Shown here: one piece after another, positions 46,001-55,700 of the stretch
Numbering within the stretch: position 1 is the stretch's first letter
How the letters are laid out: every line of letters starts with the position of its first letter
DNA from: a virus
Direction: 5' to 3' (one strand)
Length of the DNA stretch: 64,000 nucleotides
Virus record (IMG/VR): IMGVR_UViG_3300030110_003594
Location: 1 to 64,000 of that record
Translations under genes and position numbers: made by a program
The notes under the pieces: generated by a model
Databases searched by the model: none
What the model was told of the DNA's origin: nothing
What the model saw: only the letters and a program-made list of their open reading frames with translations

Positions 46001-48425
46001 CAGCCATATAACCTTTTTTAGTTTCTGGATCATACATCATGTGTGGTTCAAATTCTTCTCCTCCTTTTTTCCACAATCCTGTATATTCACCAAGTGCGCC
46101 AATACCATATCCAACATTTTGAAATACACTTGCTACAGGATTAGCTGCTGCCATTGCTTGCAGTTGTTGTCTATTCTTTGCATCAGGATCACTTAAAGTA
46201 TGTTCAGTAAATGAGCTATGATCACCCATAAATAAACCTGTTGGATTCCATTTACTTACTAAACTATCGTATGTATTTCCAACTACATAGTCAGGTTTAA
46301 CATTAGTATCTAATTCTACAGTGGGTGGAATATAAACACCTGTAGTATCTGCTTCATGTACAAATTGATTTTCTGGTATACTTACATTTTCTATACCATC
46401 ATCTGCTTTATATAGATTTCCACCATATTTTTTATTTAAGCCAATTGTATTACCTATTTTATTTACTGCATATCTTAAAGGTGCATAATCTAACCAAGGA
46501 TTTTCTTTATAAATAATATTGTTTAAAAACTCATCTCTAGTGATACCAGCTTTGTTCATTATTTTATTAATATCATTTATATTAACATTATGTTTTTTTA
46601 ATTTATTTTTTGCAAGACTACCTGTTGCAAGATCATAAAGCTCACTTGCACCAAAGTCTTTAAATGAAGGTACTAAACTATTCATAACGTTATCATAGTT
46701 TTCCCATAATTGATATTTATGCCAATCAGAAATACCCTCTAAATTATGCCAATTTTTATTTAACATATTTTTAGGAAGATAGCTTAAACTTTTTATTTTC
46801 TTTACTGTTTTTTCATCTAAGCCTTCAAATACATTTTTCTTTTTCTTTTTGTTTCCTCCTCCTGTTTTTCTAATAGGTATTCCAAGACCTACACTAAATT
46901 GTGGACTTTGATTAGCAATATCATATCCGCCAGTAAGATTAAGATTCCCAATATTAAAATAACCACCTAATGTATTACTTTGATCTCCCATAAGTGGATG
47001 TGTATAATATGCACCTAATCCATATTGCATTGGATTTCCTCTTCTTCCTCTTAAATAATTTTTATAACTATGAGCATCTCCAATTTCACCTGTGTATCCT
47101 AAAGTTGCAACAAGATTTGCAAAAGGATCAATTGTATTAAGATCTTGACCTTGATTAACTGAAGTCATTCTACCACCTATATTTCCACCAAAATAACCTT
47201 TTAATCCTCCCATACCATGAGAAGGATTAAATGTATAACCACTAGTAAGTCTAGCTGATCCAGTATATTCATCATCTAACATACCTGCTGACATTCCAAA
47301 TCCAAGACCAAAATCGTGCATAGGATCATATTCTCTTTGTCTACAATTTGCAAAACATCTACCTTCTGCATCAACTATTGGAGCATGTGCAGTAAATTCT
47401 TTCATACCTTTACTTTCCACTCCATCTTGTGCTTTGTATAAATTAGATATTTGACCCCCACGTCTTGCCATTGCTGGTTGTTGCATTGGAGGTTGAGGTG
47501 GCATCATACCTGGAGGAGGACCCATAGGTGGCATTCCACCTTGTTGAGGTGGCCCCATTGGAGGCATACCTCCCTGTGGTGACATTCCTTGTGACATTTC
47601 AGCACCAACTGTTCCACCTTCACTTGGTGGTATCATACCTGATTGTTGTGCATCTTGTTGTGCCATAGCTGCTTGTTGTTGCATAGCCATTTCAGCTTTC
47701 ATTTTTAATATCTGCATTTGACTTTCAAAAGGTAACTGTGTCATCATTTGTTGTTCTGCTTCTTGCTGACTAATATCTTGTATTTGTTGAGAGAACTCTA
47801 TTGGATTAATACCCTTTTCTTGAAGATATGGATAAGCTGCTAAAGGTACACCATCTTCAAATCTTTTTTTAGCTTCTTGTAAAAATGCTAATTGAGATAA
47901 TGATTTCTTATTTTTAGTTAACATATATTCAGCTGTATCTCTTGTTATATTGTCAGAATGTTCATCATCTAATAAACCTATAAAATTATTTAATTGATAA
48001 CCTTTAGATACTTTTGCTGGAGTTATTTTCTTTTTAGAATTAATACCCATTTCAGCTAATTCATATCTATCAAGTTTCATACTAGAAGTATCTGAATATA
48101 TAAAAGATTGTGGTGGTAAATTTAACGGGGTACCACCTTTATGATGTCTATTTCCTCCTATATCATATAGTTCAAAATCTCCATCATTATTCATGTCTGT
48201 TAATACTGTCTCACCTTTTTCTGCTTCAAGGTTTGCTTCTTCTCTAGGTACAGGAGCTAATGAGTAATTAACTGAACTAAATGGACTAGCAGCATTTGTA
48301 GAATCCAATGAAGGAACTCCTACTAAACCATAGTTGAATTGATCACCTGTTGTACCCCCGTCCTGGTACACCTTTCCATTTTGCATGGAAAAGCCTTTTG
48401 GTAAACTTTTTATTCTTACTTTCAT
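43071..48425 (-). CDS. modular virion cargo protein with GG linkers
   Basis: N-terminal NLEAEKGE...GGNRHHKGG motif seen in crAss-like cargo proteins; Pro/Gln/Met tract; about 10 xxGG linkers. Confidence 0.65.
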   Translation of the reverse strand: MKVRIKSLPKGFSMQNGKVYQDGGTTGDQFNYGLVGVPSLDSTNAASPFSSVNYSLAPVPREEANLEAEKGETVLTDMNNDGDFELYDIGGNRHHKGGTPLNLPPQSFIYSDTSSMKLDRYELAEMGINSKKKITPAKVSKGYQLNNFIGLLDDEHSDNITRDTAEYMLTKNKKSLSQLAFLQEAKKRFEDGVPLAAYPYLQEKGINPIEFSQQIQDISQQEAEQQMMTQLPFESQMQILKMKAEMAMQQQAAMAQQDAQQSGMIPPSEGGTVGAEMSQGMSPQGGMPPMGPPQQGGMPPMGPPPGMMPPQPPMQQPAMARRGGQISNLYKAQDGVESKGMKEFTAHAPIVDAEGRCFANCRQREYDPMHDFGLGFGMSAGMLDDEYTGSARLTSGYTFNPSHGMGGLKGYFGGNIGGRMTSVNQGQDLNTIDPFANLVATLGYTGEIGDAHSYKNYLRGRRGNPMQYGLGAYYTHPLMGDQSNTLGGYFNIGNLNLTGGYDIANQSPQFSVGLGIPIRKTGGGNKKKKKNVFEGLDEKTVKKIKSLSYLPKNMLNKNWHNLEGISDWHKYQLWENYDNVMNSLVPSFKDFGASELYDLATGSLAKNKLKKHNVNINDINKIMNKAGITRDEFLNNIIYKENPWLDYAPLRYAVNKIGNTIGLNKKYGGNLYKADDGIENVSIPENQFVHEADTTGVYIPPTVELDTNVKPDYVVGNTYDSLVSKWNPTGLFMGDHSSFTEHTLSDPDAKNRQQLQAMAAANPVASVFQNVGYGIGALGEYTGLWKKGGEEFEPHMMYDPETKKGYMAEKYEDHLRMKEMGYLHKDEMRNGGQPLPKAQNGLYNDSIPSYNFNMDSIYVQPLDNLYVHPSNYNLPLYDDELLHAPEVETGNPGENNDPSVLNSEQIIEVLTSQNAQLIEQYNKAYQANIDQFNKTLSNIPSIQQQMNMFNVTGNVDSNKVEIWEDHIRKGGPAPSSYDANYSEAYKNVYGKEPTYGDSDSDNSMTNIYNIDNQDQPNEGDPDPKGRPGYVLRTPDSDNTSSDQPTTPGQAVGLPLDYSNTENPYYVGAQWAFQKGGTPVSPQGETKNLSKKEALKQYILQAEMKINAMHQQMLSPEMSEDARMHIQSLILRYQNEILKMKFELSNSPVLEQEVSPEIGTISGSNINMNMGGENYLQDFFNQVDDELPLAKRGKSIEFEGKTYKIKQLEKMLKSGDPVKIQLAKTILGIDTETIDQKIENINVSREDTEGTSSTYQGGTSVWSDRYLSDDQESYRADRYRAYSDYAKTKGLTPLAEDEYHELYARYQKQNDYLKNNLSQEELSHPSWDRLYNYVPCTKGESGCREIDGKFWKKDGKEQDANFMYNKYFADNEELPPLTQDQIKHVQAGYVGGQALVLNEESYDEFMQTGVADQTTQFLDINGKPVTMNISPADGFFGNTTNQQYESQFEETPGTPCANAEGMEAACVEVGGTWTPYNEEDPANSCKCDKPIPPTKIPPPTKKDTPFWLQDELGLANAMDAKMSLKKRYPWAPQYDQIQIDATFDDPTREIAAIGEQASIVADAAGAFGGSKRGITAALAAQGKAATQIADAVNKVHTNNIKTANDIKVKNAELQYKTQVLNNNELKQLYDNTVLTEENYDNSLRKANAAITTQLQAAYTNRANTANLNSIYPQFDIDPSTGGMINITDPKAFYADPNYKDPKTSLEDYKNTITELKKILPEDQWDRLPMYNIPNTSKSNTTFAQQNAPIIASGYPGGKTARWGRETNRKSRILKKGGELRNWFGN

Positions 48426-48428
48426 AAT

Positions 48429-51400
48429 TTATAATATTTCTATTTGTGCCCCTGCGGCTATTAATTGTTTATATGTATTCATATCTATTTCCATTTCTCC
48501 TCCGTCATTAAAAAATGATCCTCCATATTTAGTCATTGTTGTACCATCAACTACTTTGTCATCTGGTCTAAATATTCCTGTGTTTACATCATAATCACCT
48601 TTCATTCCTGTTATATCTGCATCTCTTGCTGCAAACATATTATCTGATAGATAAGCATTTTGCATCATTGTTTCTTTTCTTTCAGCTTCTTCTCTAGCTT
48701 CAAGAATTCTATTAAGAGGTTTACCTATTCTAACTATACCTTGTCCTATCTTACTATATGTTTGTCCTACCTTACTATCTAAAGCTCTATTTTTAAGATT
48801 CCAAAGTTTATCTCCAAAAGACATACTTGAATCTTTATTATCTTTGTTCAATTGTCTTTCTCTTAACTTTCTTCTCATTTCCTCTTGATCTTGTTCTTCT
48901 TGCCAATCTAAATATTCATTTCTATCATCAAATCCTAATTCTTGTGATTTCTCTAATTCTTTAACATGTTTTCTTTTTCCTTGATATTTAGGTATATTAT
49001 CCATATAATCACTTATTTCAGATTTAGTTTCTCTACTACTTTTTCTGATGTCTGCCATTTTATTTCTCATATATTTATCAGGATCAGTTCTCATTAATCT
49101 ATGATCCATCATGTCTGATCTAAGATCAAAATCTCTTTGTAAATTAGGATCTATATTTATTTCTGGAACATCAAAAGGACTTGTTTGTGTTTCAATTAAA
49201 GATGGATTCTGTATTTTGTCATTCATATCTGCAGTAAATGCATTCCATTCATCCATAGATCTATTGACAGATTGATTATAAGCAAACATTCTATCACTTG
49301 AGTTAAAGAATGGCTCCGTCTTTTCTTGAGGAGTTGTTTGATTATCAAACATATCCATACTAATAGGTGTTGAATATAAATCTGTATTAATATTAAAAGG
49401 ATCAATTTGATTAGTATGTGGATTATATCCTGTATTATAATTATCAATACCAAAAGGAGAACCTGCAAATTGAAATTTAGGTAACTCACCACCTTTATCA
49501 AACCCCCAATAGTTTGCAATATTAGACCAAGTTTTTTTCTTAAAAGGATTTTGCCATTCAAAATCATCAAGTGTTTCACTAACTGGTTTTGTTACATTTT
49601 CATATAGATAATCATTTGTATCCTCAATAGCATCAGATACAGGTACTGTAACGTTATCATACAAATAGTCATTTACATCTGAAAACGTTTCAACTGTTTT
49701 ATCTATTCCATCTGATATAAGGTTTTTAGTCATTTCAATATTTTGCGCTTGCAAAACTCTAAAAGGTTTCATACTACTATGTATTTCTAAACCCTTTTCT
49801 ATTACATCTTTCATAGATAATCCAAGCCATGAATTATCACCAGCAGAAAGTACTGGTAGTACATTTTTATAAAGATTCTCCATCTCTTTAAAATTACCTT
49901 CACCATCTAATACATTTTGTATACTTCTTCTTTCTCCTGTTTGTTTTATTCTTGGAATGTCATCTTGTGTTAAAAGATAATCCATTAACAATGTTGGATC
50001 TGTCATATTTAAAACATTAAACTGTCCATCATTCATATCATCATCTATATCTAAAGCTTTACATACACCATCAGCACAATTACTATCATAGAAATCATAT
50101 TCTGCTGGATCTGTTCTAGGATCAACACTTACAGGAAGAGTTCTACTAGGCCATCCAATATCATATTCTTTACCCATAAAATCAAAGGTAGTCCCAAGTC
50201 TCTGATTTGTACCTGGCTTAAATGTTTGTGCTGTTTTCATAAAGTGATTAAGCTGATCTAATGTAAGTTCTAAATCAACTTCTCTAACACCTCTTTCATA
50301 ATCACCATCAGTATAGTCAGTAAGTGGATTATATTCTTGATCTGCTTCTACCCATCTATTAACATATCCTTTGTGTACAAATTTACCATCTTCTTTTTTA
50401 TTCCAGTTATTAGGAAGATTTTCTTGATCTAGAACAAATGCTTCTATATGTCCTGGAGGCATTCCTCCTACTCCATCCCAACGGTCAGATCCACCTTCAT
50501 ATCCATAAGGATATTGTCTTACTCTAACTGTATATGTTTTTTCTTCTGATCCATAACCACCAAAAGGTTCATAACCATCATCAACACCAGTGGTTGGAAT
50601 TTGGTATCCAGTTTGTGCTTTAGGTAATTCTCCACCTTGTTTTCTACTTAAGTATCCAATATTTAAAGTAGGTAGATTTTTATCTTCCCACCAATTTTTT
50701 ACATTTCTTCCTATTCTAGTTCTATCTCCTAAAAAGTTAAGACCATAATTAATTGCTCCTGTGTATAAACCATCTTTAACACCCTGCTTAACATTTTGCC
50801 AATATGCATCAGCTAAATCACCTTTTTGCAAAACATTATTTTTATTCATAACAATGTCTTTACCAAAGAGATTATCATCCGTACCTCTAAACCATGCAAA
50901 ATTAGGTTCAGAGTGTCCATCTAAAAGTTGTAATCTTTGTTCTTCCCAAGAAGGACAATTTCCTGTTGTACACATTTTGTCATACCAATCAGTTCCTCGT
51001 TGATCTATATAATCCTCATATGCGTTTCTATAATTTTTTCTATTAGTTATTCCTGTATTAAGACCTCTTGTAAGCATACTACCAAGACCAACAGTTCCTG
51101 CTAACTTTAAAGATTGTTCAAGATTAGATCTACCATCTCTTGAATTAACATAATTACCAAGTCCAAATTGTGCTTTAGGTATTGACCCTCCATATCTTTC
51201 ATCATTTCCTGGTCCTAAAATATCATCAATTTCTTCAGGACTCATTCCTCTGGCTAACATAGCTTCTCTTGTCATAGCATTTTCTGGATTTTCTAAGTCT
51301 TCTATATTTTGTGAAACTCCTGTAACAGGTTTACTATATGTTCCATCTGGTCCTACATTAGATATTATATTAGGATTTAAATTATAAGGTACTCCTGAAT

Positions 51401-52649
51401 TAGCAGCATGTTTAGGACTATTTAAATATTCTTGACTATAGTTATAATTATCTGGATTGTTAGGATCAAATGGAATTCCTGAAAACCCTGTTTCAAAATC
51501 TTGTTGATTATATTTTGTAGGATCATCTGGATTTTGTGTTAAATAATCAAAGGCTGAGGAATAATTACCCTCATCATCTACTGTCCATCCTATATGTGTT
51601 GCTCCTTGTTCTCTATATTTATTTTCTAGAATATCTCCTTCAAAACCTTCATGCTTCCTATTAAAAAGACCTTTTCTATAATCAAGATGTCCTGTCTCTC
51701 TAAATAGATCAATATCAAAATCTTTTACTTTAGAATATTTTTCTGGATTTCTTCTATGCCTTTCATCAAGATAATTTTGATAATATTTTTCCTCCATTTG
51801 TTCTTTATCTTTTAAAAACTTACCTGACTTATGAGGTGTTTTAAAAAATTGTTCTGGATCAAAATATAAATCTTCATCAGTTGTATTTGTAAAACCAGCT
51901 TTCATATAATCCCATTTACTACCTGGATCATAATAATTTTCTTTCTTAAAACTTTTTGCTGTTGTATCTATTGCTTTTATTAAATCAAACAATCCTGTAT
52001 CACCTACACCTGATAATAAATTTGCTTCTTCTGGAGATCTAAATTCTTCATCATAGTATACAGCATTTGTTCCTTCTTCTACTTCTTTGTTAGCATTATC
52101 TATTTCACTATCATCATCCTTATCATCATCTTTTGTAGTATTATCTGAAGTTATTGCTTCTGGATATGCTGCATTTAATTTATCTGTTGCTTCTTTATTT
52201 TCTGCTAAACTAATCCATTCTCCTGTTGATCCTTTTTTTCTTGTATACCAAACACCATCAATTATTTTATAGTCATATGCATCATCATGATCAGCATATA
52301 CTCCATCATTTGTTTCAGTGTTTTTCTTTGAAATATTAACAACATTATTAGAAGTGGTAGAACTAGTAGTACTATTGTTAGTAGTAGTATTATTATTATT
52401 ATTATCAACTTCTGTATTAGCAGGGCCAGGACCTGTACCATCAGTATCAGGACCAGTATTACTTTGCCATGCACCACCTTGATATATGTGTTTAGTGTGC
52501 ACACCATTAGCATCTATTTTAAAGTAAACTCCATCTTTACTTATTGTAGATGGATCAACTTGTTGACCTAGTATATTTATCCAGTGCTCACCACCATGTT
52601 CATATGATGGATTAAAACCTTTAATATGTGGATTATTATATAAAAACAT
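48429..52649 (-). CDS. modular cargo protein with GG linkers and a permuted papain-like (His...Cys) peptidase module
   Basis: PGHIEAFV...YDFYDSNCADGVCKAL lies between GGELPKAQTG and GGELPKFQFAG. Confidence 0.6.
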   Translation of the reverse strand: MFLYNNPHIKGFNPSYEHGGEHWINILGQQVDPSTISKDGVYFKIDANGVHTKHIYQGGAWQSNTGPDTDGTGPGPANTEVDNNNNNTTTNNSTTSSTTSNNVVNISKKNTETNDGVYADHDDAYDYKIIDGVWYTRKKGSTGEWISLAENKEATDKLNAAYPEAITSDNTTKDDDKDDDSEIDNANKEVEEGTNAVYYDEEFRSPEEANLLSGVGDTGLFDLIKAIDTTAKSFKKENYYDPGSKWDYMKAGFTNTTDEDLYFDPEQFFKTPHKSGKFLKDKEQMEEKYYQNYLDERHRRNPEKYSKVKDFDIDLFRETGHLDYRKGLFNRKHEGFEGDILENKYREQGATHIGWTVDDEGNYSSAFDYLTQNPDDPTKYNQQDFETGFSGIPFDPNNPDNYNYSQEYLNSPKHAANSGVPYNLNPNIISNVGPDGTYSKPVTGVSQNIEDLENPENAMTREAMLARGMSPEEIDDILGPGNDERYGGSIPKAQFGLGNYVNSRDGRSNLEQSLKLAGTVGLGSMLTRGLNTGITNRKNYRNAYEDYIDQRGTDWYDKMCTTGNCPSWEEQRLQLLDGHSEPNFAWFRGTDDNLFGKDIVMNKNNVLQKGDLADAYWQNVKQGVKDGLYTGAINYGLNFLGDRTRIGRNVKNWWEDKNLPTLNIGYLSRKQGGELPKAQTGYQIPTTGVDDGYEPFGGYGSEEKTYTVRVRQYPYGYEGGSDRWDGVGGMPPGHIEAFVLDQENLPNNWNKKEDGKFVHKGYVNRWVEADQEYNPLTDYTDGDYERGVREVDLELTLDQLNHFMKTAQTFKPGTNQRLGTTFDFMGKEYDIGWPSRTLPVSVDPRTDPAEYDFYDSNCADGVCKALDIDDDMNDGQFNVLNMTDPTLLMDYLLTQDDIPRIKQTGERRSIQNVLDGEGNFKEMENLYKNVLPVLSAGDNSWLGLSMKDVIEKGLEIHSSMKPFRVLQAQNIEMTKNLISDGIDKTVETFSDVNDYLYDNVTVPVSDAIEDTNDYLYENVTKPVSETLDDFEWQNPFKKKTWSNIANYWGFDKGGELPKFQFAGSPFGIDNYNTGYNPHTNQIDPFNINTDLYSTPISMDMFDNQTTPQEKTEPFFNSSDRMFAYNQSVNRSMDEWNAFTADMNDKIQNPSLIETQTSPFDVPEINIDPNLQRDFDLRSDMMDHRLMRTDPDKYMRNKMADIRKSSRETKSEISDYMDNIPKYQGKRKHVKELEKSQELGFDDRNEYLDWQEEQDQEEMRRKLRERQLNKDNKDSSMSFGDKLWNLKNRALDSKVGQTYSKIGQGIVRIGKPLNRILEAREEAERKETMMQNAYLSDNMFAARDADITGMKGDYDVNTGIFRPDDKVVDGTTMTKYGGSFFNDGGEMEIDMNTYKQLIAAGAQIEIL

Positions 52650-52661
52650 TAAGTTACAGTT

Positions 52662-52683
52662 TACTTTATTAATATACTAAATA
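52662..52683 (-). promoter_or_regulatory. degenerate copy of the candidate late promoter
   Basis: Minus-strand TTTAGTATATTAATAAAGTA in a 59-nt gap; shares the GTATATTA core. Confidence 0.4.
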
Positions 52684-52708
52684 TTCATGAGATTTACTAA
52701 TGATTCGG

Positions 52709-55700
52709 CTACCTATTGGACCTTAAGATACTTTTCATTACATCTAATTGATGTAGTCCACTTGTTTTTGAATCATTGTAATACATCCTATTTAATTTAT
52801 CATATAATTTATTTGCTTTATTTTCTTGTTTGGTTCCTTTGTATACTCCACTAATATAATCATTATAAAATTGAACTTGATTTTTCATTCCAAATTCACC
52901 ACCAAGTTTACTAAAAGGATTTAAATCTACCTTATCCCACCATTCAGAAACGTTTTCTTTTACTTCACCTAATTCATCTATTACTGCATCAATTTTAGGA
53001 GCTACATTTTTATTATATCCATGTTTTATAGTTTCTCCTAGATTAAGTATTTTTTCTTCAATAGGTTTTTCTTTTATTCTTTTATTTGATTCTGGATTAA
53101 GATCTGAATATTCTCCTTTTACAATAACATTATTATCTACATTATCAATATCAGTTTCTTGTAAATCTATATAATCAATATATTTATTTACCATATTAGC
53201 ATAATCATCACCTCCCGTAGGACTATATTTTTTTGGTAATTCTGTATATATATCAAAGTCTGGATCTTTCTTTTGTGATGAAGATATTTGATTTTGATAC
53301 TCTTTATAAAGAATTGCAATAGTTGCTTTAGCTGAATTTGCTGGATCCATAAGTTGATCATTAGAAGTAATCCCTACTTTTTTAAGAGCTTCTATTTCTG
53401 TTTCATCACGTTCATTCCATCTTATTTGTGTCCAACCAACACTTCTATTATCACCTGTTACACCATATGTTTCATATTTTGATCTGACATCCGGTGATGT
53501 ATCACCAAGATTTAAACCTGTTTTATTAGTTAAATATTTAGTTCCTGCTTTAATAAAATTTTCTGAAGCACTACCTTCATCACCCATACCACTTTCATAT
53601 CCATATATTCCAAAAGCTATTAATGCTAAATCATTATACATATCTCCATCCATTCCTAATTTATCCATCATAAACTTTTTATTATCAGTGAGGGAGTTTA
53701 AAAATGGTTGAGTATTATTTACAAATTCTTCTTCTTCACCTGCTGCTGTTCCATCATATCTTTCAGAATTAGTTTGATAATAGTTTTTATCAAAAGTAAT
53801 ATTAATTGGTTTGTATGTACTTGTCATCTTATTAGCAATTCCATGACCGTCTTGTTCATTACCTTCTGAATCTATATAAGTTTGATATTCTTTTTGATTA
53901 TCTCTACTTGCATAAAAATTAATTTCACCATTTTCATATACAAAATTATTACCAGCATCTTCAGGTAATATAAAAACTTTAGTTCCTTCACCTACATCTG
54001 GATTTTCATATAGTTCTGTTAATGCTGTACAAGTACCATTAATACATCCATTAGTCATTCTATTATTATCACTATTACCATCCTGTAAAGAGTTTATTCT
54101 ATCTACATCTTTTGAACTAGGAACTGTATGAATTACCATAGGAACTTCATCATCATTTGCATTCTTTAAAACAAAAGATGGAGTTGGTCTTCCTTCTCCT
54201 GAATCATCATAATATCCACTATCCTCATTCATTGTTCCTATTGTATAAACACCTGCACCAGTTTGTTTATTTCCTTTAGCCCAATCTATTTCAGATGTAT
54301 AACCTTCAACTTCCATAAGTTCATCTATTGAACCTGCATCATGTTTTTCCATAGCGTTGTTAAGTCCTTCTCTATCTAACTTTACACCGTTATAAAAGAA
54401 TGATCCTTTAGTAACTGTTTGTGCATCTCCTACATTTTCACCTGTTAAGATAGGATAACTTTTAACTGGTTTATCATTACCAGGATAATATAAATGCATT
54501 CTACCTTTTTTCTCATCTACAACAATATAAGGTTTACCTGCAGATTTATTTATCTTTATATTTTGTCCTATTTGTATTTCATCAGCATTAGTTATATTAT
54601 TATCTGATAATAATTTTTCTAGGGTTACTCCATTTTCACTTGCTATAGTAGAAAGATTATCATTCCTTTTTACTGTATAATTAATTTGTTTAGAATTATC
54701 TCCTTCAATTTCATTCATACCTTGTGTAATTCTATCAGCTTGATCCATTTTGTTTATTTGAGTCTTTATAGTTCTTTTACCAGAGTTTTCCCATTTTCCT
54801 TTGTCTGAATTCCACTTCCTTCTATTCCAACTAGTATTTACACCATGATTATCATCAACATTCATTTCTCCTACTTCTGTATATGGTGACTCAATTATTT
54901 TTTTATTTCTGTTTATATTTTTATCATTTGTATTAACATTATCTGGTAATGTTATTTTTTGACCAGGTTGAATTTTTCTTGGATCAGATATATTATTTAA
55001 TGCAGCAATATCTTGGTATCTAACTCCATATTTACTTGCTATTGCTGATAATGTATCTCCACTCTTTATTTCATAAGTAAATGTTGCAGTACTATCATCT
55101 ATACTAGTATTTTCAGAAAGTGATATTCTATCTCCAGAATATATTGTACTTGGATCATCCATATATTTTGGATTTAAAGTTAATATTTCAGATAGTGTCA
55201 TATTGTTAGCTCTTGCTATTCTAGAAAGATTATCTCCTTTTTTAACTACATATGATTTTTGCACAATAGGTTCTCCACCTGTTTGCATTTTAGGTTTAAT
55301 TAAATTAAGTTTTTCTAATTCTTTTTTTGCTAAAGGAGATACTTTACCTCCAGAATTATATGATTCTAATTGTTGATTTAATCTTTGAATTTTTCTTAAA
55401 AATTCTCCACCTAATTTTTTCTTAGGTCCAGGTATTCTTTTTTTTGTTTTAGGATCATAATAAATTCTACCATATAGTTGAGGAGGATTCATATCACCAA
55501 TAGTATTAATAATACCATCTACAACTTTACTACTAGGATTAATATTCCAATTATCAAAATAACTAATGTAATGACCGTGATCATCTTTACCTTTGTCTAA
55601 TTTAAAATTACCTAATACATCTCCGTATAATCCTTTACCTAAATTTGGATTTTCTTTTTCATAAGCATCAAAAAACCAACCATCTTTAGTTCTTATACAA

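Noticed and set aside
47460-47700. GC-richer Pro/Gln/Met repeat (GGMPPMGPP x2) as a mobile or regulatory repeat
   Set aside because: Explained by a low-complexity protein linker in frame within the 1784-aa gene.
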